From assembly GCA_021812985.1 (NCBI GenBank), contig JAKAMG010000008.1, forward strand, positions 9,681-73,680: a stretch of DNA of 64,000 nt. The letters are read 5' to 3'. Origin of the DNA: Bacteroidota bacterium. GTDB taxonomy: Bacteria; Bacteroidota; Ignavibacteria; Kryptoniales; JAKASW01. This document shows, one piece after another, positions 1 to 8,470 of this stretch. The notes beneath the pieces were generated by a model. The model was given only the letters and a program-made list of their open reading frames with translations. It was not told the origin of the DNA and did no database searches. Numbering within the stretch: position 1 is the first letter of the stretch; each line of letters starts with the position of its first letter. The position numbers were made by a program, and so were the translations under genes.

Positions 1-2
1 CG

Positions 3-82
3 GGACGGGGAAGAAGGAAAACAGCGAGATCATCGATTTCATAGTGTCCCGCCTGAAGGATTGGGGCGGAGAGGTAGCCTGA
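3..82 (+). CDS. 3' end of an unidentified CDS (partial, runs off the window)
   Basis: Frame 3 is open from the window edge (...GKKENSEIIDFIVSRLKDWGGEVA) to TGA at 80-82. It is convergent with the next gene. Too short to assign a product. Confidence 0.3.
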   Translation, partial: TGKKENSEIIDFIVSRLKDWGGEVA

Positions 83-101
83 ACTCTCCGCATTCCCCTT
101 T

Positions 102-1124
102 TTACTTCTTATAGAGCTTCGAAACGCCGGGGATCAGATATTCATCAAAAGCGCGAGCCATATCGTACTCCGGCTTCCATCCCCAGTCATTCCTCGCGAG
201 CGAATCGTCCACGTCTGCGGGCCAGCTGTCAAGTATCGCCTGCCTCTTCAGATCGGGGACAAAATTTATACTTGCGGAAGGGAAGGCCTTCAAGACGTAC
301 CTTTTCAGTTCGGCGGCAGACGGGCTGAAGGATCCGACATTGTAGACCTGCGTGGAGAGCTTCTCCCTCGGAGCGGCCTCGAGCCTGAGCAGCGCGCTTA
401 CTCCGTCCGGCATGGCCATGAAGGGAATCCTCGTGTCTTCCCTGACGAAACAGTTGTAAGTCTCCCCCTTCGCCGCATGATGGAGCATCTCAGGCGCAAA
501 GTCACTCGTGCCGCCGGTCGGTAAAGTGACCGCGCTTATGAGGCCGGGAAATCTCACGCAGCGGAAATCCACCTTTCCCTCCATCGGCTGCGCGTCGAGC
601 TGGCGGTAGAAATTCATATAGTATTTCCCCAGCCTCTCGCAATAAAGCTTGTTGATACCGTACATCGTGCGGGGTTCTGCCCACTGATCCTCGCCCACTT
701 TCCCTGCCCTTCCCTTGGCGCCTGCATCGGGAAGGCCGTAAACCGCTATCGAACTCGGATAAATCAGCTTGACCTCCTTTCCCTGAAGCCGGGACTGCGT
801 GATGGCCATCTCGAGGAGGTTCATTGTACCATCAACGTTGACCTTGTGCGCGATGGTCGGCTGGCGCTCTGCCCGCGTCGAAAGAAGCGCGGCAAGGTGG
901 TAGATCACATCGAAGTCATGTCCTGTCGACAGAGACTCGAGAAACCTGTTGTCGAGTATGTCCCCCGTGTAAGTCTTGTAGCATTTCGATCTCGTTTCTT
1001 CGTCGAGGGTGTTCAAGTCCAGGGCTACCACTTTGATGCCGTCATGCTCGGCGAAATGCGAGATGAGGCCATGGCCGATTTCCCCGTTCGCCCCGGTAAT
1101 GAGTATAGTCTTTTCTCCCATCAA
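102..1124 (-). CDS. tdh: L-threonine 3-dehydrogenase, SDR/epimerase type (NAD-dependent epimerase/dehydratase fold)
   Basis: 340 aa with an N-terminal Rossmann motif ILITGANGEIGHGL. The YxxxK-type core is YGINK. The C-terminal segment RQAILDSWPADVDDSLARNDWGWKPEYD closely resembles the short-chain (mammalian/Flavobacterium-type) TDH family as I recall it. Confidence 0.75.
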   Translation of the reverse strand: MMGEKTILITGANGEIGHGLISHFAEHDGIKVVALDLNTLDEETRSKCYKTYTGDILDNRFLESLSTGHDFDVIYHLAALLSTRAERQPTIAHKVNVDGTMNLLEMAITQSRLQGKEVKLIYPSSIAVYGLPDAGAKGRAGKVGEDQWAEPRTMYGINKLYCERLGKYYMNFYRQLDAQPMEGKVDFRCVRFPGLISAVTLPTGGTSDFAPEMLHHAAKGETYNCFVREDTRIPFMAMPDGVSALLRLEAAPREKLSTQVYNVGSFSPSAAELKRYVLKAFPSASINFVPDLKRQAILDSWPADVDDSLARNDWGWKPEYDMARAFDEYLIPGVSKLYKK

Positions 1125-1361
1125 GTCTCCTAAGAAAAATGCCGAGCCTCTGTTTGAAGTCCGGCGTGGTTGTTTGCTCCCGTCCCAGGCTCACACGCTG
1201 CCTGAAAAACACGTCGCACAAATTATATCGCAGCGGCCATTTGAAGCAATACACTCTCGTCCACCGCTCGCCGACAAGCCGGGAATGGTTCAGAATGAGG
1301 TAAAGCATCCTTAAATTTCACAAGACAGCAGTTCAGGGGACGAAAGGCAAGGAGAGCAAAA

Positions 1362-3377
1362 GTGAAACATACCAAAGCGCGGCTAAAATTCATTTGTGCG
1401 GCAATCGGGGCCTTATTCACGGCAACCGCCCCGATTCAGTCCTATTCACAGGAAGCGCAATTTCGCCATGTGGCCGTCGTGGTACGCCCCACACTCGACT
1501 CGCTTATAATGAAAGAAGATACCGATGGCGACAAAAAGATAACCATAGATGATCCGCACATACCCGGCACAAACAAGGGGAACAAGAGGTTCACCCTAAC
1601 TTCCCTCGATGGAAAAACTTACGAAGTCGCCGGGACCTACTATCTTTCAAACCTGCTGCAGGCCCTGACACTGGCCAAGGACGAAGGGATCGACACGACC
1701 TTAATCGATGGTTCTGAGATATTCGCTCCGCCGGTCGAACGCATCGCCAATTCAATCAAGAATCTGTACTGGCAAGGGCTGACCAGGAGGATAGATGGTA
1801 ATGGACTCGGCAAAATCTTCACGGATACGAAGACTAAAACAATCACCGGACTGAATTACGTCTATGTGCCGCACGACGATGGATTAGCTAAATCTTATTT
1901 CGACAGCGTTGCGATCTCAAGACCTGATCTGAGGATGAGAGTGGTCCGCCTTCCCAAGAAAATCACGGCGAAATATGTCGAAGGTCTGAACGACAGCGCG
2001 GGAATACTCAGTCTCAAAATGGCGAGGAGCGCTGACGGGAGAATAGAAGGCGCTCCGTTTGTAGTACCCGGAGGAAGGTTCAATGAGATGTATGGATGGG
2101 ACAGCTACTTCATCGCGCTCGGTCTCCTGCAGGACGGCAAAGTAGAGCTCGCGAAATCAATGGTCGACAATTTCATCTACGAGATCGAAAATTACGGAAA
2201 GATCCTCAACGCCAACAGGACTTATTACCTGACACGCTCCCAACCTCCATTCTTCACTTCGATGGCGCTGGCAGTTTATGATTTCCTTCCCAGGGGTGCA
2301 GCCACAACCGATTGGCTGAAAGAGGTACTATACGCGGCCATCAAACTGCATGACGACTACTGGATGGGACCGACGCATTTGACGTCTACGGAACTCAGCC
2401 GGTATTACGACGACGGCATCGGACCGCCCCCCGAAGTTGAACCGGGAAGATATCAACACCTCTATGAGGAATACGGGAAGAAATTCAGGATGAACGCGGG
2501 GACGTTCGAGAGGGAATATCTCTCAGGAAAGATAAGAGTCCCAACCCTGGATAAATTCTTCACGAACGACAGGAGCATGCGTGAATCCGGACATGACGCC
2601 AGTTATCGGCTTCAAAATAATTGCGCCGAGCTTGTCACCGTCGATCTGAATTCACTCCTCTACAAATCCGAAACGGACATCGCGGATATAATTTCAAAAG
2701 ATTTCGGCGGAGAGGTGAAACTGAAAGACGGATCACTGGAGACTGCCTCCTCGTGGAGGAAACGCGCGAAGATCCGCAGGGTACTTATGACGAAATATTT
2801 GTGGAACGAGAGACGCGGCATGTTCTTCGACTATGATTTCGTGAACCAAGGACAGACAGACTTCGTCAGCGCCACGACTTTCTATCCGCTCTGGTCAGGA
2901 GCGGCCACGAAGGAACAGGCAAGGCTCGTTGTTCAGAACGCAATTCCTCTGCTGGAAGCTGCGGGGGGAATTGTCGGCTCGACAGAAGTTTCGCGGGGGC
3001 CGATCACGAAGGACCATCCTCAGACACAATGGGACTACCCGTTCGGTTGGGCCCCGCACCAAATGCTCATCTGGGCCGGATTGAAGAATTACGGTTTCGC
3101 GAAATTATCGCGTGAGCTCGCGTACAGGTGGTTGTATACCGTCACGATGAATGCCTGCGACTATGACGGTACCATAGCCGAGAAATACGATCTCGTCAAC
3201 CGCTCTTCGCAGGTGTTCGCGGAGTACGGTAATGTGGGGACCAGATTCTCATACATCACGAGGGGAGGGTTCGGATGGACGAACGCGTCTTACGTCGTCG
3301 GACTTACATACCTGTCAAAAGGGCTCATCGACGACCTTGACCGACTGATTCCACCCGAATGGGTCACGGAGCGTTGA
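1362..3377 (+). CDS. Trehalase (glycoside hydrolase family 37) with signal peptide and N-terminal Ca-binding-like extension
   Basis: 671 aa with a GTG start after a GGAGAG Shine-Dalgarno sequence. Both GH37 signatures are present: PGGRFNEMYGWDSYF and QWDYPFGWAPHQ. The N-terminus MKHTKARLKFICAAIGALFTATAPIQSYSQ looks like a Sec signal peptide. DTDGDKKITIDD and GTYYLSNLLQALTLAK resemble the fungal neutral-trehalase regulatory region. Confidence 0.9.
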   Translation: MKHTKARLKFICAAIGALFTATAPIQSYSQEAQFRHVAVVVRPTLDSLIMKEDTDGDKKITIDDPHIPGTNKGNKRFTLTSLDGKTYEVAGTYYLSNLLQALTLAKDEGIDTTLIDGSEIFAPPVERIANSIKNLYWQGLTRRIDGNGLGKIFTDTKTKTITGLNYVYVPHDDGLAKSYFDSVAISRPDLRMRVVRLPKKITAKYVEGLNDSAGILSLKMARSADGRIEGAPFVVPGGRFNEMYGWDSYFIALGLLQDGKVELAKSMVDNFIYEIENYGKILNANRTYYLTRSQPPFFTSMALAVYDFLPRGAATTDWLKEVLYAAIKLHDDYWMGPTHLTSTELSRYYDDGIGPPPEVEPGRYQHLYEEYGKKFRMNAGTFEREYLSGKIRVPTLDKFFTNDRSMRESGHDASYRLQNNCAELVTVDLNSLLYKSETDIADIISKDFGGEVKLKDGSLETASSWRKRAKIRRVLMTKYLWNERRGMFFDYDFVNQGQTDFVSATTFYPLWSGAATKEQARLVVQNAIPLLEAAGGIVGSTEVSRGPITKDHPQTQWDYPFGWAPHQMLIWAGLKNYGFAKLSRELAYRWLYTVTMNACDYDGTIAEKYDLVNRSSQVFAEYGNVGTRFSYITRGGFGWTNASYVVGLTYLSKGLIDDLDRLIPPEWVTER

Positions 3378-3419
3378 GAACCGGTGCTGCCCGTCGTTAG
3401 AGCAACACCGGAGGACATG

Positions 3420-3896
3420 CTAACGGATCTTGTGCTTCCGCTTAATTCTCTCGATGGTATTCAGATGATTCTCAAAATGTTCCACGGTATGTTCGAGGAC
3501 GCCGGCCAGTGTAACCTTTCCGGATTCATTGTGAATCCCCGTCCTCTCAAAGTCTGCATCCTTCAGGCCCTTAAGGATGGGGGTCATCGAGGCGCGGAGC
3601 GTGTAGAAGAGCGCAATCGAGTTCTCAATCGATGGACCTGACCTCGAGAATTTGTCAGCCCACTTCTCCTGGTCAAACGCGATTAGGAGCGGGTTGTCCT
3701 CCGCGAGGATCTTCTTCATTCTCGTCACGAGATTCAGTTCCGCGTCCGCGACGTGGTGAACCTGTTGTCTGATCGACCACTTCCCGGCTGCCAGTCTTCT
3801 GTCAAGGTCCCTCTCAGATAAACCATCGACGCTGGCGATGAGGTCGCCAGCCCCGTTCTCATATCTGCGTATAAGAGCATTCATCCTGGAACTCAT
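3420..3896 (-). CDS. DinB-family (DinB_2-like) four-helix-bundle protein
   Basis: 158 aa. The spaced histidines (QQVHHVADAE ... LEHTVEHFENHL) are typical of the DinB/YfiT metal-binding triad. Confidence 0.6.
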   Translation of the reverse strand: MSSRMNALIRRYENGAGDLIASVDGLSERDLDRRLAAGKWSIRQQVHHVADAELNLVTRMKKILAEDNPLLIAFDQEKWADKFSRSGPSIENSIALFYTLRASMTPILKGLKDADFERTGIHNESGKVTLAGVLEHTVEHFENHLNTIERIKRKHKIR

Positions 3897-3930
3897 TTTC
3901 GTACTCCTGCCTCTGTCTTATTTAAGAAGA

Positions 3931-4416
3931 TCACGGTTTGAAAATTGTTAAAAGAATTATCAGCAGCACCAGCACCCAATTCACGAGGAAGAATACGGTC
4001 TGCCTCCCGTTCAGAACATCAAGCTTTTCAGAAGAGTCTTCCGGAGGATTGATCTGATTAATCTGGTCGAGGAGCATCGCCCGTTGCCTTGCGATTTTGG
4101 GGCTGATCACCATTCCGATAGCAAGGAGAATGACGAAGAGTATCAATTTGAGGCCGAGCCACCACGCGCTGCCGAAAAGGTCTCCGAACCCGATATGGAG
4201 CGAGACCATGTTCCCAATCCCGCTGAGAGTCAGAACGAGCGCTCCGAACGGCGAAAGGAGCCCCACGCTTCTGAGCAATTTCGCGGAATGCTGTTTCATC
4301 CTTATGTCGTTTTCCCATCTGAAATTCGCCTCAATGATAGGCCCGGCAAACAGAAGCGTGAATATCATCCCAACGCCTATTAGGTGGAACATGAGCGATA
4401 CGTAAAGCCAGGTCAT
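3931..4416 (-). CDS. Small integral membrane protein (about 4 TM), function unknown
   Basis: 161 aa with four long hydrophobic segments. No catalytic motif recognised. Confidence 0.6.
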   Translation of the reverse strand: MTWLYVSLMFHLIGVGMIFTLLFAGPIIEANFRWENDIRMKQHSAKLLRSVGLLSPFGALVLTLSGIGNMVSLHIGFGDLFGSAWWLGLKLILFVILLAIGMVISPKIARQRAMLLDQINQINPPEDSSEKLDVLNGRQTVFFLVNWVLVLLIILLTIFKP

Positions 4417-4594
4417 GCACTTTCTCCTTTCTTATGATCTCATCGACGTGCCGGCGGAATTGCAGCTTGACTTGCCGAACAGGCCGGCTCCAAACGAATT
4501 CTAACCTTTGAAAGCCAAAATTCAAAAGCAATTAAACCTGACGGGCGGGAATATGGAGATTCCGGTTCCTCCCTCTTGGACTGGCGCGATGATC

Positions 4595-5119
4595 TCAGTG
4601 CGACTCTGTCGACCGCCCCAGTTCTTCAAGGCCCGCAATGTCCGTACTGTCGAGAAGAGCATAGAGTATCCTCGTATCCTGGATTCCGCTCCCGCTCGCT
4701 TCAATAAAAAATCTGCCGGCCACGGGGAATTGCAGCTTCCCCGTCGCGGAAGTGCTGTCAAATGTTTCCAGAACCCGTATGCCGTTGTAGTAGACTGTCC
4801 TCTCGTATCCCGTCTCTGTCTCCTTGTCAACGTTACCTGTGGCGGACATGTAGATCGGTATTTTCAGCATGTCGGTGATCCTGATGGAGATCGAACCGGG
4901 TATCGATGCCGAGTCGCTCCAGTACGTCATCTGAGCCCACGAGGTGGAGAAGCCCATCATGGAAGAGGTCTCTCCGGTGGGCTTTCCTAAGACATATCCC
5001 GCGTAACTCGCCTTCGGCAGAAACTCCTGGAGTCTCGAAAAATTATAGATCTGCGGCTGCGCGGCGAGTGCAACGGGGAAGAGCAGGTAAATCAATGGGA
5101 TAATCAATCTGGCGCGCAT
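4595..5119 (-). CDS. Secreted hypothetical protein
   Basis: 174 aa. The N-terminus MRARLIIPLIYLLFPVALAAQ looks like a signal peptide. No recognisable domain. Confidence 0.5.
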   Translation of the reverse strand: MRARLIIPLIYLLFPVALAAQPQIYNFSRLQEFLPKASYAGYVLGKPTGETSSMMGFSTSWAQMTYWSDSASIPGSISIRITDMLKIPIYMSATGNVDKETETGYERTVYYNGIRVLETFDSTSATGKLQFPVAGRFFIEASGSGIQDTRILYALLDSTDIAGLEELGRSTESH

Positions 5120-5132
5120 TCCATGTTCCTTT

Positions 5133-6338
5133 TCAGTGCGACAGTAAGAGGCTTGGCCTGTATGCGTCGCCGTAAGCGCGGCGCATCAGCTGAAGAAATT
5201 CGGCAAGGAGATATTTGCCGATCAGCTCCGAGAGCTCAACCGGTCCCTTCGGGAAGTTAGTCCCGAGTTTCATCGCGGTATCGATCGACTCCGCGTCAGC
5301 AATTCCCTCCTCCAGCATCAGATGTGCTTCGTTGATGACCATAGACATCGTTCTGGCGAGAACGAGGTATTGCGTATCGTTCAACGGATTCCTCGCCTCG
5401 AGCCTCGCCGAAATCTTCCGTGCCATCTCGCGCATGGCTTCACTGATCATCGCGTCACGGCGTTCCACTTTTATTACCGCGCGGGCCGATGATCCGTCGT
5501 AGCTGTAGAACCCTCTCCCCGTCTTCCGGCCAAGAAGGCCGGACTCGACCATCTTCTGCTGGATGATCACAGGCCTGAATCTCGGCTCCTGAAAGAACTG
5601 GTCATAAATCGATTTCGACACCATGAAATTCACATCCAATCCGACGAGATCGAGGAGTCTGAAGGGGCCCATCGGGAAGTTCGCGGACTCGAAGGCAAAG
5701 TCGATCTCCTCGACGCCGCCGAGTCTCTCGGAGAGAAACCTCAGTGGTTCGAGATAGAAATGGCGCGCACACCTGTTCACGACAAAGCCTGGCGTGTCCC
5801 TCGTCACGATCGGAGTCTTCCCAATCTGCCTGACCACCTGGCAGAGCTCCTGCAGCACATCATCGGAAAGGAAATCTGTTTTGACGACCTCCACAAGCTT
5901 CATTCGGTGAGCCGGATTGAAGAAGTGGAGCCCGGCAATCCTCTCCCGTCCCGAACAGCCGTTTGCAATAGCTCCAATCGATAGGCTCGACGTGTTGGAT
6001 GCGATGGGAATGCGTGGCTCGCATATCTTGTCCAGGCCGGCGAAAATGCCCTTCTTCACCGACAAGTCCTCTGTCACAGCTTCGATTACAAGGTGAGCCT
6101 CGGAAAATTCCGACAGCTGTGTCCTTGGATGGATGCGTGCCAGCGCGGCCTGCGCATCTTCGGGTCTTATCCTCCCCTTCTCCACCTGACGGTGGAATTC
6201 CCTGCTGATCACTTCGAGAGAGCGTGCGATTATTTCCTTTGACGTGTCGTACAGGAGCACATCCCAGCCGCTCCGCGCGAAGGTGATGGCTATGCCAGCG
6301 CCCATCGTGCCTGTCCCGGCTACCCCTACTGCTTTCAT
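5133..6338 (-). CDS. 3-hydroxyacyl-CoA / 3-hydroxybutyryl-CoA dehydrogenase (NAD-binding plus duplicated C-terminal domain)
   Basis: 401 aa. GVAGTGTMGAGIAITFARSGWDVLLYD is the Rossmann motif. NTSSLSI, HFFNPAHRMKLVEV and TPGFVVNR are typical HADH family motifs. Confidence 0.85.
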   Translation of the reverse strand: MKAVGVAGTGTMGAGIAITFARSGWDVLLYDTSKEIIARSLEVISREFHRQVEKGRIRPEDAQAALARIHPRTQLSEFSEAHLVIEAVTEDLSVKKGIFAGLDKICEPRIPIASNTSSLSIGAIANGCSGRERIAGLHFFNPAHRMKLVEVVKTDFLSDDVLQELCQVVRQIGKTPIVTRDTPGFVVNRCARHFYLEPLRFLSERLGGVEEIDFAFESANFPMGPFRLLDLVGLDVNFMVSKSIYDQFFQEPRFRPVIIQQKMVESGLLGRKTGRGFYSYDGSSARAVIKVERRDAMISEAMREMARKISARLEARNPLNDTQYLVLARTMSMVINEAHLMLEEGIADAESIDTAMKLGTNFPKGPVELSELIGKYLLAEFLQLMRRAYGDAYRPSLLLSH

Positions 6339-6477
6339 CGACTCGCTATCACTCCTTCTTCTTCAATCTCGTCGGACAACTTTCTACGCCTCCCACACCG
6401 GAGAAACAGACCAGGGTTCGGCATGCCACACCACCAATCTCACGATTCTGTTTCGGGGCTCCCGTAAACACTTCTTA

Positions 6478-7257
6478 CTATTTGCCCTTGAACGACGGCC
6501 GCCGTTTTTCCAAAAACGCCTTTGTCCCTTCAAGCGCGTCCTCCGTGCGACCCACGATTTCCTGGCAAGCCGCTTCACGTTCGAGACACTCCTCGAGCGA
6601 AGAGGCGCCGGAATCGGCGAGCAGCTTCTTGATAAATACGTACGCCCTTGTGGGCCCACTCGCAAAGCGGAGCAACATCTTTTCCGACTCCTCCACGAAA
6701 TCGTCGTCAGGAAAAACCCGATTGACGATGCCCAGTCTAAGCGCATCCTGCGAAGTTATGTCTTCCCCCAGTGCCGCGAGTTCGAACGCCTTAGCGGCCC
6801 CTAGAAGACGCGGCATAAAAAAAGAGGCGCCCGAGTCGGGGACCAGACCTATTCTGACAAAAGCCTGTACCATCTTTGCCCCCGCGCTCATTATCCTGAA
6901 GTCGCATGCCAGCGCGAGACTCATCCCCGCGCCGGCCGCCACTCCGTTAACAAGCGCCACGACCGGCTTCTCCATTCCAGTCAACAACCTGACAATCGGG
7001 TTGTATCTCCTCCGCAGGAATTCCGCTGGCGACCTCCCCGATGATAGCTCCCTGAGATCCTGCCCCGACGAGAATGCCTTTCCTTTTCCCGTTATTGCCA
7101 CGCACCTTACGGCCGGATCGCGTGACAAATCATTCAGCCCTGTCCGAATCTCATCTGTCATCTTCTCATTCAAAGCGTTCAGCGAATCCGGCCGGTTCAT
7201 CGTCAGCTTCCCGATTCCGTTCCGGACCGCCACGATTATAGTCTCGTATTCAGACAC
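6478..7257 (-). CDS. Enoyl-CoA hydratase/isomerase (crotonase superfamily)
   Basis: 259 aa. Contains LNRPDSLNAL, GKGKAFSSGQDL, VVALVNGVAAGAGMSLALACDFRI and a C-terminal EGTKAFLEKRRPSFKG. Confidence 0.85.
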   Translation of the reverse strand: MSEYETIIVAVRNGIGKLTMNRPDSLNALNEKMTDEIRTGLNDLSRDPAVRCVAITGKGKAFSSGQDLRELSSGRSPAEFLRRRYNPIVRLLTGMEKPVVALVNGVAAGAGMSLALACDFRIMSAGAKMVQAFVRIGLVPDSGASFFMPRLLGAAKAFELAALGEDITSQDALRLGIVNRVFPDDDFVEESEKMLLRFASGPTRAYVFIKKLLADSGASSLEECLEREAACQEIVGRTEDALEGTKAFLEKRRPSFKGK

Positions 7258-8041
7258 GGCCGTATGAACCCGCCTGGACGGAAATGCCTTGTCCCTGCAT
7301 CCTTAACTTCCTGAGGTGATTGAGAACGGCTCGCATATCCTTCGGAAGCTCCGCTTTGAATGTGACCCGTTCGTTCGTGCCTGGATGAATTACCGATATT
7401 GATTCGGCGTGGAGAGCAGTTCGCGAAAGAAGCGGCTTCTCGTCTCCGTCGGTGTGGTAATTTGACTTTATGCTCGAGAGGAAGAATGGCTCGCCATCCC
7501 CGTAAACCTTGTCGCACATTATCGGAAGTCCTACCGACGCGAGGTGAATTCTTATCTGGTGGAGCCTTCCGCTTTCGGGAGTCGCCTCGATCAGGGCGTA
7601 GCCGTCGAACATCTCATCGACCCTGAAGTTTGTGACAGACGGCTTGCCGTGCTTCTTGTTCACTTTCATGACTCCGGGGTGCGTCTGACTCTCTGAAATG
7701 GGAAGATCTATTGTCCCGTACGCCTCTGCCGGCCTACCGACGACAATCGCGAGATAAGATTTATGGATATCCCTCCGCTCAAACTGGCCGTTCAGCGTCG
7801 CATGGGCCTCGGCATCCTTGGCGAAAACTATGATTCCGCTCGTCTCCTTGTCGATGCGATGCACCACAAAGATGCCCCCTAGTTCCTCTTTCAATATCGA
7901 GTAGAGATTCGGGAGGTTTTCGTTGTACCTGTCTGGAAGGACGAGAAGCTGCGGCGGCTTGTCGATCACGATTATCCGGTCGTCCTCGTGAACTACCGAG
8001 CCGTTGCGTGATTTCAGTATGAAGTCAAGCTTCCGTTTCAT
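7250..8041 (-). CDS. RluA-family pseudouridine synthase
   Basis: 263 aa. Catalytic motif VHRIDKETSGIIVFAKD and HQIRIHLAS. Overlaps the downstream crotonase start by 8 nt. Confidence 0.85.
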   Translation of the reverse strand: MKRKLDFILKSRNGSVVHEDDRIIVIDKPPQLLVLPDRYNENLPNLYSILKEELGGIFVVHRIDKETSGIIVFAKDAEAHATLNGQFERRDIHKSYLAIVVGRPAEAYGTIDLPISESQTHPGVMKVNKKHGKPSVTNFRVDEMFDGYALIEATPESGRLHQIRIHLASVGLPIMCDKVYGDGEPFFLSSIKSNYHTDGDEKPLLSRTALHAESISVIHPGTNERVTFKAELPKDMRAVLNHLRKLRMQGQGISVQAGSYGRV

Positions 8042-8044
8042 GCG

Positions 8045-8284
8045 TCAGTCAGCCTTAGTTTGGGCGGCCGGTCTTTCCCAGTTTCGCGCCGCGACGGCGG
8101 TCGAAGTCCTGCGAATGTTGGTCACGGCCATAGGATTTGAGGAACCTACAGGGCCGAGCCGGGGCGAGGAATTGACAGGCCTGCCCGTCAGCCTGCGGCT
8201 TACTTCGCAGGGCAAATCAGAAAGGTTGAATTGTGTTGTCGCGACTGGAACTTCCTCGAGGGCAATGATATTAACAAATTCCAT
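8045..8284 (-). CDS. Candidate small hypothetical protein (79 aa)
   Basis: ATG at 8284 is preceded by GGAG about 5 nt upstream. Its TGA stop lies 3 nt before the RluA-family ATG. No similarity recognised, so it could be spurious. Confidence 0.25.
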   Translation of the reverse strand: MEFVNIIALEEVPVATTQFNLSDLPCEVSRRLTGRPVNSSPRLGPVGSSNPMAVTNIRRTSTAVAARNWERPAAQTKAD

Positions 8285-8470
8285 CGACGCTCCGGATTGG
8301 TAAGTATACCGGCAACCAGAAATGTCACTGGCCACACTCTTTAGTCAAGCATCTCTCTTGCTGGCCGACGCAGAAATTTAGACTCGATATAAAAAAGAAA
8401 CAAGCTTCCGAAAACCTTTCAGCCTGGCAGCGCAGCGCAAACGGAGGCGAGTCGACATCGGAAAACGAAT

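Noticed and set aside
502-5103. Numerous 60-120-aa track ORFs nested inside or antisense to the larger genes (for example 502-684, 846-1133, 1009-1314, 4058-4318, 4508-4990)
   Set aside because: They overlap well-supported CDSs in other frames, lack RBS context and have Arg/Pro/Ser-rich composition typical of out-of-frame translation in moderately GC-rich DNA.
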